A stretch of DNA of 64,000 bases from Azolla caroliniana (Eukaryota > Plantae > Polypodiophyta). The DNA lies in contig JBHGNT010000016.1 of NCBI GenBank assembly GCA_043228905.1, forward strand, positions 13,268,001 to 13,332,000, read 5' to 3'. Below the pieces are notes generated by a model. It ran no database searches and was not told the DNA's origin. It was given only the letters and a program-made list of their open reading frames with translations. Within the stretch, counting starts at the first letter, position 1; every line of letters starts with the position of its first letter. Below are positions 1-13,172 of the stretch, one piece after another. The position numbers and the translations under genes are program-made.

Positions 1-314
1 CGAGAGAGAGAGAAAGAGTGATGATAAGAAAAGAAATATATTATGTGAAGAAAATGTACAGTAGCTAGGAGGCTTAAGACTGGCATTGAACCGATTTGGT
101 TCGAAATAATGCCTTGGGCCTCCTTTTATAGTGTTCTAAGGAATACTCCTGAAGTTTCTAGAATGTTCCAGAGAAATCTGGAATATACATCAATTTTCTA
201 TAATAAAACATAAATGAAAATAATATTCTACATATTATAATGTATAGTCTAATGGTCAAGAGCTCGACCCATGTAGCATAAGGTCATGGGTTCGAGTCTC
301 GCCATATCATGACA
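1..314 (-). repeat. G1 3' LTR (partial)
   Basis: Matches the distal part of 5031-5456 with roughly 10 substitutions and ends in ATGACA. It is followed by ctatcccccc, the PPT on the minus strand. Confidence 0.95.
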
Positions 315-329
315 CTATCCCCCCTTTAA

Positions 330-3300
330 AACGACGAGTGTAACGAGTCGTTTTGGATTGGGGACCCGGTTTGTTTGGATATTGACGATGGAAGTCCTCA
401 AGAAGAGCACGAGCATTGGTGATATTCTCTATCGGTTCCCAAGTATGCTCGCTGGGACTATATCCTAGCCAATCGACTAGATAGTAGAGCTTGTTGCGAA
501 CAAGCTTGGAATCAAGGATGGCGGCAACCTCGTACTCAAGTCCATCTTCAAGCTCGATCAGGGGTGGAGGCTATGTAATACGTCCTGGGATGGTGCTCTC
601 TTGATAGGGTTTGAGGAGAGAACTATGAAACACCGGATGTATCCGAACTTGTAGAGGTAGATCAAGATGAAAAGCGACATCATTAATTTTTCCTATAATA
701 CGGAAAGGACCTAATCGCCGATAATCCAACTTCTCGCATGGGCGAGTAGTCTTGATGTGTCGTCGGAGTAGCCATACCCGATCTCCAATGTTAAAACTAG
801 ATGGGAGTCGATGACGATCCGCATAAACCTTGTGTGTTTGTTGAGCTTGTTGGAGATGAGTAGATAAATCCGCTTGTATCTTGCGTAACCTTTCCAAATG
901 ATCCTCTGTGCAAGGATTTGTGGACACCTCTGGGGTTTCAAGTACACACCACCTGGGGTGACATCCCGTATAAGCATAAAATGGCATAACTTTAGTGGAT
1001 GTGTAGATAGAGTTGTTATAGGCAAATTTGGCGAAGTGGAGAATATCTGCCCAGTCATCCTGATGATAGCTGAGAAAGCACCGCAGATACTACTCCAGCG
1101 TTTGATTGGTTCATTCAGCTTGGCTGTCGGTTTGTGGGTGGTAGCCGGAGGAGAGGTTACAAGTGACATTGAGCATGTTAAAAAGGTGCTTCCAGAATTT
1201 TGACACAAACTGGGGTCCACGGTCACTAATGATACTATCGGGAAGTCCATGATGCCGACATACTTCACACATGACAATTTCGGCAGTGTCTTCACTGGAG
1301 ATCTCCTTAGTACATGGCAAGAAATGAGCCATCTTCGTATATCGATTGACCACCGTTAGAATCACATTGAACCCCTTAGAGACTATAAGATCTGTGATGA
1401 AGTCTAGAGAAATGGATTGCCACGGCTTGCTTGGAATTGGTAATGGTTCTAATAAACCATATGGATGATGCCTTGGCATTTTCGCTCGGCAGCATGTATC
1501 ACAAGTCCGAACAAAATCCTCGACAAATTGTCACATACAGGGCCACCAGAATGATCGTTGTACTAAATGTAATGTTTTACTACTACCAAAATGCCCAGTT
1601 GTATATGTGTCATGACAGTTTTGTACTACTTGAAGCCGGCAAGAACCATTAGGAACATACAAAAGTTCTTTAAAGAAGAGTAATCCATCATGGTATTTGA
1701 ATTGCCGATAGTCTGTACCTGGTGGTTGCGACTGTGAATACGACGCTCGAGAGGGATCAATTTGTGCTAGTATAGCTTGGGCAAACGCATCTGTCTTCAA
1801 GTCTTCGTGTATGGTATCGATAACGCGGGAATCCATGGGCATGTCAAAGATCTGTGTTGCTTGTAGTCGTGCCGGTCCCAAGATGACTTGTTTTTGGTTA
1901 TCGAAAGCTGGCTCGCCAGGACGGGGTGCTAGATACGAACACCGTGATAATGCATCTGCCTTCGCATGGTGTTTCCCCAGACGATATGTAATTTTGAAGT
2001 CGAAATGCATGAGGAAGTGGGCCCACCGAGCTTGACATCGATTCAACACACGAGCATCCTGAAAGTAGGCAAGGTTCTTGTGGTCACTAAATACGGTGAC
2101 CGGATGAGAGGATCCTTCTAGAAAATGCCTCCATTGCATAAAAGAATCCACTATTTCCAATAGCTCCTTATCATGAATTTCGTAGTTGATTTCGGCGGCA
2201 TCAAACTTGCGTGAGTGAAAAGCCACAGGATGTAGCTTCTCATCATTCCCCTGTTGTGACAAAATGCTCCCCAATGCAAAATCCGATGCGTCAGCTTCGA
2301 TAATGAATGGTTTTTCCGGATCGACATGAGCTAGAATTGGAGCCGATGTAAATGCATTTTTAAGACTTTCGAAAGCGATGTCCGTTTCTTCAGACCAGAT
2401 GAACGGTTGTCCCTTCCTGGTAAGTTGTGTGAGAGGTAGAACGATCTTTGAGTAATCTTGTATGAACTTCCGGTAAAAATTGGCAAAGCCTAGGAAGCAT
2501 TGCACATCTTGCACCGAATGCGGAGTCTGCCATTCTACCACCGTTTTGACCTTAGCTGGGTCCATGGAGATGCCTTCTGACAAAATGATGTAGCCGAGAA
2601 ATTCCACTTGGTTGCACCCAAAACTACATTTTTCTAGCTTTGCATACAGACCATGTTCTCGAAGTCGTTTTAGTACTAATAATACATGAGAATCATGTTC
2701 TTCTTGGGTCTTTGAATAAACCAGTAGATCATCCAAATAGATGATCAAACAATCATCCAATAGATCTCGGAATATATCATTAGCCATGTGCTGGAAGACT
2801 GCTGGCGCATTAGTGAGGCCGAACGGCATCCCCGTAAGTCAATCTTCGTGAAGAACCTGGCACCATTGATCCGTTCTAAAAGACTTGAGATAAGGGGAAG
2901 AGCATACCTATTCCTGATTGTAACCTTATTCAGGCCACGGTAATCTATAACGAGACGAAGCGATCCATCCTTTTTCTTGACGAAGAAAATGGGCGCGCCG
3001 GTTGAAGATTTCGAATGCCGAATGAAACCATTTTCCAAATTCTCCTCTATATAGGCCCGAAGGACTTCCAGCTCGGTTGGTGACAAATTGTAGATCGGTC
3101 CCCATGGTGGCTCTTTTCCCGGTTGTAAATCGATGGGGCAATCGTACAGTCGATGATGAGAAAGTGTGGTTGCTTGTACTTTATTGAACACATCGGCGTA
3201 ATGACGATACTTCTCAGGAAGTTGAACGGTGGATTCTTCTTTAGTGGTGCTGGAGGGGTTTACTGATATTGCAAAGAGGAATATTTCCTCCTTGCGCCCT

Positions 3301-3805
3301 TCTTTACACAACTGATGTAGCGAAATGGTTGCCATCTTCTGAGTTGACCCTTGGGTTTGTCGACACCGGATTTCTCTTGTTCTCCAATCTATGTCTGGGT
3401 TATGTAACTCGAACCACGGTAATCCTAAAACTATGGGATGTTCTGGGATACTAATAATATTAAATGATACTACACATGCTAAGTTATCTAGGACAATATT
3501 AATGGGCTCTGACTCTTCTATGATATTTTCGGAAGCAATGGGACGTCCATCAATGACTACTACAGAGGTTGGACACTGGAGTTTTCTTAGGGATATCTTA
3601 TGAGCTTGAGCAAATTTCTTATCCATAAAGCAAGATCTAGCTCCAGAATCTAGGAGTGCTAGGACATGTACTAGAGGGGTACTTTTAGTACTAACTATTA
3701 CTTGGGCTACGAACATATCACTAACTTGCTTAGAGGGAATGGAACCACTAATGGGCTGCATAGATCTAGGGCTGTCCAACCAAACGGCTCCTATTTTGGC
3801 TGGAC
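330..3805 (-). pseudogene. G1 pol (protease LLDSGA, RT YLDD, RNase H, integrase, chromodomain EYEVAAILDS...YLVDWLGY)
   Basis: ORF pieces 2745-3779, 1531-2829, 1111-1479 and 571-987 align to the intact 1190-aa pol at 41067-44639. There are several stops and a frameshifting deletion in RT near 2830 (after KIDLRG). Confidence 0.93.
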
Positions 3806-4957
3806 TTAGTCGTTTAACTCTTCTTCTAACTGACTAAGGACATCAAATCTGTTCGCTAGATCTGGGCTATTAGTACTATTAGGACTATCAGATATCGTTA
3901 CTGAAATAGGCTCAAGTTTAGTACAATTAGAACTAGCGACTATTTGGTTTACCTGTCTTCTTGGCCTATAGGGGAAATTTATTGTGATATGTCCTGGTCC
4001 ACCGCAGTAAAGACATAGTCGATTTGTACGACGTCGCTGCTTTTCTTCTTCGGATAATGGCCCTCGACGACGTGTAGTGTCAATCTCCATCGGAGTCGGA
4101 GTATTCGCTGGAGGCGCATTATATGACTCCCTCGGAAAAGGTCTTGCTACCACTGAGGCGTAGGTGGGCTCTGATCTTGCCCTCGGCACCTGTAGTTGTC
4201 GTTCTGAACGTCGCTCAAAGAGGCGGTCGTCACATCTCACTGCGCGACTGATTGCTTCTGTTAAGGACTTTGGCTCTTCGGGGAAGGTCAAGAGTAAATC
4301 CTTGACGTCGTTGCGTAAACCATAACGGAATTGCTCCATCAACGCTTGATCATCCCAAGGGATATCGGCGGCGAGTAGGCGAAAATCTGCAGCGTATGCG
4401 GAGAGTGGATGGTCACCTTGGTGTAATCGCTGAATTTTGTTGATTGCGGTCCTCCTGCTGTCAGTATCTTCGAAACATGCTTTAAACTCACCTAGAAACT
4501 CTTCAAAATTGTTGAGTAACGGAGATTCCTTTTCTAATAGTGGAGTGAACCATGCCAACGTTGAGCCACTTAACAAAGTGCCTACTAAACCCACTCGTGA
4601 TGCATGAGTGAGATATCAGGAAGGATGCATTTGAATAACTAATCGTACCTGGTTAAGGAACCCTCTAAACTGCGATCGCGTTCCATCGAACTCCGTGGGA
4701 AGGCCAATCTTGGGTTCTTTATGAATCCCTTGTGTTCTGAGCCCTTGTTGTTGCATCGCTACGATGGTTGCTTCGAGTTGTTGCACGCGTAATGCAAGTT
4801 CCGCATGCTGTTGTTGCGTTTGCTGCTTTTCTAAGGAGATTTGCTGAAGATCCCCCAGCAACCGTTGGTTTTCTTGTTCCAAAGCATGGAACTTCTCTTT
4901 CAAGCATTGAAATTCCGAGAAAAAATATTGATATTCTTCAGCGCTAACAGTGGCCAT
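3806..4957 (-). pseudogene. G1 gag with CCHC-type knuckle (CLYCGGPGH), one in-frame stop near 4616
   Basis: ORFs 4616-4957 and 3806-4594 are in the same frame. TGA sits where G2 encodes Arg (MHPS*Y versus MHPSRY). Confidence 0.9.
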
Positions 4958-5016
4958 GGGATGAAAGAAAAGAGGAATAAGAGATTAGTGGGAAATGAGA
5001 GAGACAGAAGGTAGGA

Positions 5017-5028
5017 AAATCGGTTCAA
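5017..5028 (-). promoter_or_regulatory. G1 primer-binding site, non-tRNA (self-priming type)
   Basis: TTGAACCGATTT lies 2 nt inside the 5' LTR, has no TGG start, and is complementary to the minus-strand LTR sequence at 5228-5239. Confidence 0.8.
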
Positions 5029-5030
5029 AC

Positions 5031-5456
5031 TGTCAGGAACAGTACTAAGACAGAGAAGGAATTAGTACTAAAAGAAGTATTAGTACTAAGAGAGGTGAAG
5101 AACTCTCGAGAGAAGGAAAGAGTGAGTGAGAGGGAGGGAGAGAGAGAGAGAGAGAGAGAGTGATGATAAGAAAAGAAATATATTATGTGAAGAAAATGTA
5201 CAGTAGCTAGGAGGCTTAAGACTGGCGTTGAACCGATTTGGTTCGAAATAATGCCTTGTGCCTCCTTTTATAGTGTTCTAAGGAATACTCCTGAAGTTTC
5301 TAGAATGTTCCAGAGAAATCTGGAATATACATCAATTTTCTAAAATAAAACATAAATGAAAATAATATTCTATGTATTACAATGTATAGTCTAATTGTCA
5401 AGAGCTCGACCCATGTAGCATAAGGTCATGGGTTCAAGTCTTGCCATATCATGACA
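5031..5456 (-). repeat. G1 5' LTR
   Basis: TG...CA ends. TATAAAAG is on the minus strand at 5272-5265. Confidence 0.95.
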
Positions 5457-6187
5457 CGGCCTATACGCGCTCGCGGATGAAGTGGTAATGTACTTCGATA
5501 TGTTTAGTTCGCGCGTGGAATACGGGTTTTCGCGCCAGGTAGATACTGCTCATGTTGTCAAAGTATAGACGAATTTGATCCTTGATGGGAATGCCCAGAT
5601 CCTTTAGTATGCGTTTAAGCCATACGGCTTCGCATGCGGCGACTGTTGCGCCCCTATATTCGGCTTCTGTGCTCGACAATGTGACTGTCGGTTGTTTCTT
5701 GCTGCTCCAAGAGATTGCTTCACTGTCGAGGGAGAGGACAAATTCAGAGTTAGAATGTTTATCTGCTTTATAGCCTGCCCAATCTGCATTGGTGTACCCT
5801 TCGAGTCGAATAGTCGTGTTCGACTTATACATGATGCCATAAGCCATTGTCGTACTGACATACCGTAGTATCCTCTTAGCACAATCAAGATGAAGGTTTC
5901 GCGGATTCTACATGAATTTGCTAAGTAGGCTGACCGAATAACTGAGGTCGGGTAGCATAATGGTTAGATAGATCAAACTATTGATCAGTTGTCGATACTG
6001 AGTCGGCTCGCTCTCAGCGGTTCTGGAATTGGCATCAATCTTTAGGTTACGATCGAGAAGGGTAGACACAGGCTTGCACTCGGTCATTCCGAACTTGTAG
6101 AGTAAGTTGAGGACGTAGTGCCATTGTGAGATCATTATCCCGACTAGTGTCCGAATTACTTCAATGGCTAGGAAGTAATGGAGTTCG

Positions 6188-6986
6188 TGTTGGGAGACAG
6201 GTCCCTCCGGATGGGAAGGGAGAAGAACATTGTCGAAACGGTATGAGGAGTACCCGGCTACGGAGAGCCGGATGGTGCAGGCCCAGTGTGAACCGGATGA
6301 GGAGTACCCGGCTACGGAGAGCCGGATGGTGCAGGCCTAGTGTGAACCAGATGAGGAGTATCCGGCTACGGAGAACCGGAATGGTGCAAGCCCGGTGTGA
6401 ACCGGATGAGGAGTACCTATACCCGGCTACGGAGAGCCGGATGGTGCAGGCCCGGTGTGAACCGGATGAGGAGTACCCGGCTACGGAGAGCCAGATGGTG
6501 CAGAACCGGTGGGAACCGGAGGAAGAGACATATTCGTAAATATGTTTCTGAGAGCCCATCGAGGCTATATTTGTAAATAGCCGAAAAGTCATATTGGTAT
6601 AAATATGACTTAGGGCAAACTTTTAGTTAATGTTGTTGTTATTTTGTTGTTGGTGCAAGAAGAAGAAAGAGCACGTAACAGTGTACAGAGAGAGAGAGAG
6701 AGAGAGAGAAAGAGGTCGTTGCCTCTGTTGTAACCGCCGCCTGTGGCGAAGATTTGTGAGCATGAGGTCGGTGCCTCAGTGAACTCACGGTTGTATATTC
6801 CCACATAGTGACAGTTTGCAGCCTGTGGGCTGCCGTTGTTTTTTCCCTAGTTTTGGGGTTTTTCCATGTAAACCTCCTGTGTATTCTTTCCCTCTTCTTG
6901 TCCTGTTTTATTTCCCGTTTTCTGTGTATGAAAAGAATCTCGGTTGTGGCCGAGCGTTGGACAGAAGGAGCCTTGAGTTCCCGTCA
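6188..6986 (+). repeat. Element B 5' LTR with five 54-bp tandem units
   Basis: TGTTGGGAG...CCGTCA. The unit GGATGAGGAGTACCCGGCTACGGAGAGCCGGATGGTGCAGGCCCGGTGTGAACC repeats from about 6240 to 6517. Confidence 0.95.
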
Positions 6987-7016
6987 ATTGGTATCAGAGC
7001 GAAATCGACACAGAAA

Positions 7017-10000
7017 ATGGACGAATCATTTGGCAGCATGTTCAAGCTCACTGGCTCCAACTATTCAGTATGGAAGTCGAAGATGAGGGACATGCTCGTT
7101 GTTAAAGACTTCTGGCTGCCGGTTTAGTTCGGGGACAAGAGACCGGACAAAGTCGACGCCGCGATATGGGAGGTGATGCACATGAAGACAATGGCGTACA
7201 TACGGTGCTTCATCGACATGAGCCTGTACAACAACTTCAATGAAGAGAGCAAGGCTGATGAGCTCTAGGAGAAGATCGGCATAATGTTCCAAAACAAAAA
7301 TGCTGTTAATCAGGTTTCGGTATTCCGGAAGCTAGTAAGACTCCGGTACCAAGATGGCTCCAGCATGGCGGAGCATATGAATGCCTTCTAGGGGCTGATA
7401 CACCAGGCAACGTCATTGGAAGTACCTCTTGCCGATGAAGTATTAGCACTACTCCTGCTCGGTTCCCTCCCGGATAGCTGGGAGACGTTGGTTGTCACTT
7501 TGGGCAACGCCGGGCCGGAAGGAAAACGGTTATCCCTAGCAAGAGTAAAGTCGAGCTTGCTAGATGAGGACGCGCGTCGGAAAGACAAAGATACGAGCTC
7601 CGACTCCAAAGCGCTTCTTACCGAATCGGAACGTGGAAGACATAGAAACCGTAGTCCCCAGAACCGGGAGAAGTCGGGGACACGGTCAAAGTCAAGGGGG
7701 AGGCCTACTTGCTTCTATTGCGGCAAACTAGGACACTTCCAAAAGAACTGTCGGCATTTCCGTAAATACAAGGAAACCGACGGTATCGATTCGAAGCAAA
7801 CCTCAGACCGGAACGGTAAGAGACCGAAAGGGGCCAGACCGGAAGGGAACGACGGCAATCGCGGCAAGCGAAGAAGAGTTGATGCTCATCACCGAGGAGA
7901 GTGAAATAAACCTTGCCGACGACGAGACGACCTGGGTGGTAGACTCCGGAGCGTCGTTCCACCTTACCCCGGACCGGAAATGCTTCTCATCCTATTCAAC
8001 CGGTGATCACGGCTGTGTCCGGATGGGGAATGAAGGAACATGCTGAATTGTCGGCATAGGAGACGTGTGGCTAACAACACCAACCGGATGCAAGTTGCTG
8101 CTGAAGGATGTCCGACACGTTCCGGAAGTTCGTCTGAACCTGATATCAGCCGGTCGGCTAGATGATGAAGGCTACACGGGTAGCATCCGGAACGGTGTCA
8201 TGAAGTTCAGCAAAGGGAGCCTAATTGTGGCTCAGGCCCGGAAGGTAAACACGTTGTACCTGATGAATGCCCGGTTATGTCCGGAAGAAGTGAACGTGGC
8301 ATCCAGCACTGCCGGTGAGCTGTGGCACAAGAGGTTGTGTCATATGAGCAAGAAGGGGATGAAGAGGCTTGTAGACGACAACCTCATTCCAGTGAAGAAC
8401 GTGCACTTACAGAAGTGCACTGATTGTCTGGCCGGTAAGCAGAACCGGACCTCCTTCTGACCAAGGCCACCGATGAGACGTAATGCACCACTGGAGTTAG
8501 TGCATACGGATGTGTGTCAAGTAGACACGAAGTCACATGCCGGAGCGCAGTACTTCGTGACGTTCATAGATGACCACAGCCGGAAGTTGTGGGCCACGCC
8601 GCTGAAGACGAAGGATCAGGTGTTATCCGTCTTCAAAGAGCTCCACGTGAGAGTGGAAAGAGAAACTGGTCGGAAGCTGAAGGCAGTTCGAGCAGACAAC
8701 GAAGGAGAGTACCGGGGGCAGTTCGAGGAGTACTGCCGCTCGAAGGGAATCCGGCTCGAATTTACCGTGCCGAAGACGCCGGAACTAAACGAACTGGCCG
8801 AGAGGATGAACCGGGGCATAATGGAGAGGGTCCGGAGTATGCTAGCGCATGCAAAACTACCCAAGAAGTTTTGGGCTGAGGCACTGTCGACGGCGACATA
8901 TGTGATAAACAGATCACCCTCAGTACCCTTGGACGGAGACACGCCACAGAGAGTATGGACCGGTAAGGAAGTGTCCTACCGGCATCTGAGGGTGTTCGGG
9001 TGTCTCGCGTATGTGCATGTAGCAGAGGACCGGAGAGGAAAATTAGATCCAAAGACCCGGCCTTGCATATTCCTCGGTTACGGTGACGATGAGTTCGGCT
9101 ACCGAGTGTGGGACCCGGTCGACAAGAAGGTATTCTGGAGTCGAGATATTATCTTCATGGAGGACAAGACACTCGCCGACTGGGAGTCGGAGAAGAAGAT
9201 AATGAACTCCGAGTCGACTGGTAAGGATCGACTCTGCGATGAGCAGACCCAACTAGCAAGAAACCGGTTAGCACTCGAGGAACCAGCCTGTTACAGTGAG
9301 GATACCGAACCGGCAGAAGAAGAAGTAGAGGAAGCTGAGACCGGAACCGGTCAAGACCCCGAATCGGATTCGGATGAAGAGCAAATGGAGGAGCCGGTTA
9401 CCGAAGCCCGAAGACGTAGATATCCTCTCAGAGAGAGAAGGGCGCCCCGGAGATTTCCGAATGTAGAGCATGTTCTGCTGACCGATGAGGGGGAGCCGGA
9501 AAGCTTCGAAGAAGCGAAGGAAGACACCCACAGCCGAAAATGGTTAAGTGCCATGCAGGATGAGATGGATTCCCTGCATGAGAACCATACATACAAATTG
9601 GTGGAGTTGCCGAAAGGAAAGCGGGCACTCCGAAACAAGTGGATGTACAAGTTGAAACCGGGAGATGCCGGGAACCCCTCGAGATACAAAGCCAGGATTG
9701 TGGTGAAGGGGTTCCAGCAGAAGAAGGGCGTGGACTTCGACGAGATATTTGCCCCGGTAGTAAAGATGACCTCCATCCGGACGGTGCTGAGTATAGCAGC
9801 AAGCATGGATCTCGAGGTAGAGCAGTTGGACGTGAAGACAACATTCCTTCACGGCGACCTCGAAGAGGAGATCTACATGCAGCAACCGGAAGGTTTCATG
9901 GAGAAAGGGAAGGAGCACCTGGTATGCCGGTTGAAGAAGAGCCTGTACGGACTGAAGCAGGCTCCCCGGCAATGGTACCGGAAGTTCGACTCCTTCATGA

Positions 10001-11051
10001 CCGATCAAGGGTACCACAAGACGCAGGCCGATCATTGCGTGTTTGTGAAGAAGTTTGAAGGAGGGGACTTCCTGTACGTGGATGACATGTTGATCGTCGG
10101 ACGGGACCAAGTCAAAATACGGATGCTGAAGAAGGCTCTCAACCGGACCTTCTCAATGAAAGACTTGGGTCCGGCAAGACAGATGTTGGGGATGCACATC
10201 ATCCGGAACCGGTCAGCGAAGCAATTATGGCTGTCACAGGAGAAGTATGTGACAAAGGTGCTTCACCGGTTCAACATGTCAGAAGCGAAACCGGTCGGAT
10301 CGACGATTCCGGCAAACTGCAGGCTATCTGGGAAGCAAAGCCCGAAGATGAAAGCAGAGAAGGCGGATATGACGAAGATTCCATATGCCTCTGCCGTCGG
10401 GAGCGTGATGTACGCAATGGTGTGTACCCGACCGGATATAGGATACGCAGTCGGAGTGGTGAGCCGGTTCATGAGTAATCCCGGCAAGGAGCACTGGAAC
10501 GCAGTCAAATGGATACTCCGGTATTTGAAGGGCACTTCAAATATGTGTCTCTGATTCGGCTCCGGAAAACCTCAACTGGACGGTTTCACCGATTCGAACA
10601 TGTCGGCTGATGTGGATACCAGCCGGTCTACATCCGGGTATGTAATGACATATGCAGGGGGAGCTATTTCGTGGCAGTCCAGGCTGCAGAAGACGGTTGC
10701 ATTGTCAACCACGGAGGCGGAGTACATGGCAGCTGTGGAAGCCGGCAAGGAAATCTTATGGATGAAGGACTTCATCGGTGAGCTCGGTATACGGCAAGAG
10801 GAATACCGACTCTATTGCGATAGTCAAAGTGCCATCCACCTTGCTAAGAATGCGGCCTACCATTCCCAGACGAAGCATATCCAGCGGAGATATCACTGGA
10901 TCCGGGAAGGAGTAGATGACCAGGAGTTCACACTTACGAAGATCCACACGGCCAAGAACGGGTCAGATATGCTGACCAAAGTGCTGACACCCGACAAGCT
11001 GGATGCATACTAGAAGAGAATCGGACTGGTAAGACACCCCATGCCGGAGTG
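7017..11051 (+). pseudogene. Element B gag-pol (CFYCGKLGHFQKNC knuckle, VDSGAS protease, integrase, RT YVDD, RNase H)
   Basis: ORF pieces 7416-7904, 8065-8460, 8473-10554 and 10600-11013 are separated by premature TAG/TGA stops. A short deletion precedes LYVDD. Confidence 0.92.
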
Positions 11052-11062
11052 AAGGGGGAGTT

Positions 11063-12043
11063 TGTTGGGAGACAGGTCCCTCCGGATGGGAAGGGAGAAG
11101 AACAGTGCCGAAACGGTATGAGGAGTACCCGGCTACGGAGGGCCGGATGGTGCAGGCCCGGTGTGAACCGGATGAGGAGTACCCGGCTACGGAGAGCCGG
11201 ATGGTGCAGGCCCGGTGTGAACCGGATGAGGAGTACCCGGCTACGGAGAGCCGGATGGTGCAGGCCCGGTGTGAACTGGATGAGGAATACCCGGCTACGG
11301 AGAGCCGGATGAGGAGTACTCGGCTACGGAGAGTCGGATGGTGCAGGCCCGGTGTGAACCGGATGAGGAGTACCCGACTACGGAGAGCCGGATGGTGCAG
11401 GCCCGGTGTGAACCGGATGAGGAGTACCCGGCTACGGAGAGCCGGATGGTGCAGGCCCGGTGTGAACCGGATGAGGAGTACCCGGCTACGGAGAGCCGGA
11501 TGGTGCAGGCCCGGTGTGAACCGGATGAGGAGTACCCGGCTACGGAGAGCCGGATGGTGCAGAACCGGTGGGAACCGGAGGAAGAGACATATTCGTAAAT
11601 ATGTTTCTGAGAGCCCATCGAGGCTATATTTGTAAATAGCCGAAAAGTCATATTGATATAAATATGACTTAGGGCAAACTTTTAGTTAATGTTGTTGTTA
11701 TTTTCTTGTTGGTGCAAGAAGAAGAAAGAGCATGTAACAGTGTACAGAGAGAGAGAGAGAGAGAGAAAGAGGTCGTTGCCTCTGTTGTAACCGCCGCCTG
11801 TGGCGAAGATTTGTGAGCACGAGGTCGGTGCCTCAGTGAACTCACGGTTGTATATTCCCACATAGTGACAGTTTGCAGCCTGTGGGCTGCCGTGGTTTTT
11901 TCCCTAGTTTTGGGGTTTTTCCACGTAAACCTCCTGTGTATTCTTTCCCTCTTCTTGTCCTGTTTCATTTCCCGTTTTCTGTGTATGAAAAGAATCTCGG
12001 TTGTGGTCGAGCGTTGGACAGAAGGAGCCTTGAGTTCCCGTCA
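11063..12043 (+). repeat. Element B 3' LTR with about 8.5 tandem 54-bp units
   Basis: Same sequence as the 5' LTR but with a longer tandem array, about 11115-11576. Confidence 0.95.
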
Positions 12044-12240
12044 GTTCGTATAGGTCTTTCATTTCGAATCTGCCGAAGAGAAGTGTTTTGATTTTGTTGA
12101 TCTCAGCGAGATCCTTTCCTCCGATGACCAAGTCATCCACGTATAGGATGATGATGATCAGGCTATCCGACTCATTTCGGATGTACAGAGAAGTATCAGA
12201 TTTTGACATCCGAAATCCGACTTGATGAAGATGCGTGATC

Positions 12241-13172
12241 AATCGAGGGATAGCGTAAACTCAGCAATTTTTGAGGCCTCGATTTCGGCAAGCGAGAGTC
12301 GCTATGTTGAGTGGTTGGCCTGCCAGGTGGACACGAAGGCACGGATGTGCGACTCCGCGTCGGGGCTGTCGGTGTATCGTGGGTAAGGATACGGCATGGT
12401 ATCGAATTCGGGGTCTTCCGGTAAAACCGGAAAAGGGTTAGGGTCAGGGTGGGTGACCTCTAGATGGCTTGGTGGAGAGGTTGGTGTGGACTCAACTCAC
12501 GACCGAGTAGCAGGTGGCGAGGATTGCAACCTGTGAGCCTCCGATATTTCTAGGAAAGACTGGTCCGTGACCGCCAAGTCGGAAGTGCCTTCGACTGGCT
12601 TAGGGCGTCGGCCAGATGGCCAAGACCGGTTGGTGCGATGGAGCGCTGTAATGGTGGCTGAAGGTTTTCTTCAACGTAGTTCCCTGTGATCTCACAGTTG
12701 TGACCGGGCGTGCCAAATTGTGTTAACTGTTCTGTTGGAAACATCTTCGATATGCCTACAAGCTATCGATATCAAGGGAAGTGTAACGTGAAGACTTGTG
12801 CACGAAGGCGTCGTTAGGGGAAGAAAATGGAGAGCATACCCGGAATAGAGCCTAGGTCGTATACGTAGTTGAGACCTTAGAAACGACGGCACACAGATGA
12901 AAACAACAAGAGCTAATAGATATGTATTACTACAAACAATTAGCGATGATTACAAAAAACACGGCCCACAGCCGGTGACCTTACAAAGCTCCTATATCTA
13001 TGAAACGACCTCGTCTAGGCTCTAGATATCTCTCCCATGCCGAGGTACGCAGACCTCGGTTTATATACTTTTTCTTCATATAGAGCCGAGCGGTCGGCTG
13101 ACTGTGAGGCTCAAAACTCGGCGTTTACCTAACTCTACCTTACCTACTCGCCTTACCTACCGGTGTATTACA
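12241..13172 (-). mobile_element. Truncated Ty3/gypsy-type element: one LTR (12782-13172) plus 5' part of gag
   Basis: TGTAA...TTACA termini and a minus-strand TATA near 13065. The translation PEDPEFDTMPYPYPRY...KIAEFTLSLD is homologous to 37600-37780. Confidence 0.65.

Larger units (their letters stand above)
1..5456 (-). mobile_element. Ty3/gypsy chromovirus (Tcn1/Tf1-like), copy G1, degenerate; 3' LTR runs off the window
   Basis: LTR copies at 1-314 and 5031-5456 (TGTCAGG...ATGACA). Order is gag-PR-RT-RH-INT-chromodomain on the minus strand. PPT lies next to 314. Confidence 0.95.
6188..12043 (+). mobile_element. Full-length Ty1/copia (Tnt1-like) element B, defective
   Basis: TSD GTTCG at 6183-6187 and 12044-12048. 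LTRs at 6188-6986 and 11063-12043. PBS TGGTATCAGAGC at 6989-7000. PPT GAAGGGGGAG at 11051-11060. Confidence 0.97.

Noticed and set aside
7255-7285. Second hammerhead (CTGATGAGCTC...)
   Set aside because: There is no GAAA core or stem I pairing, and it lies in gag coding sequence.
8589-10535. Numerous overlapping and antisense ORFs over pol regions (here and throughout the window)
   Set aside because: They are shadow ORFs of GC-rich retroelement coding sequence without independent motifs.
11105-11651. ORFs encoding 18-aa repeats (MVQARCEPDEEYPATESR) and a possible CRISPR-like array
   Set aside because: These are translations of a 54-bp head-to-tail tandem repeat inside an LTR. There are no unique spacers and no cas genes, and the context is eukaryotic.
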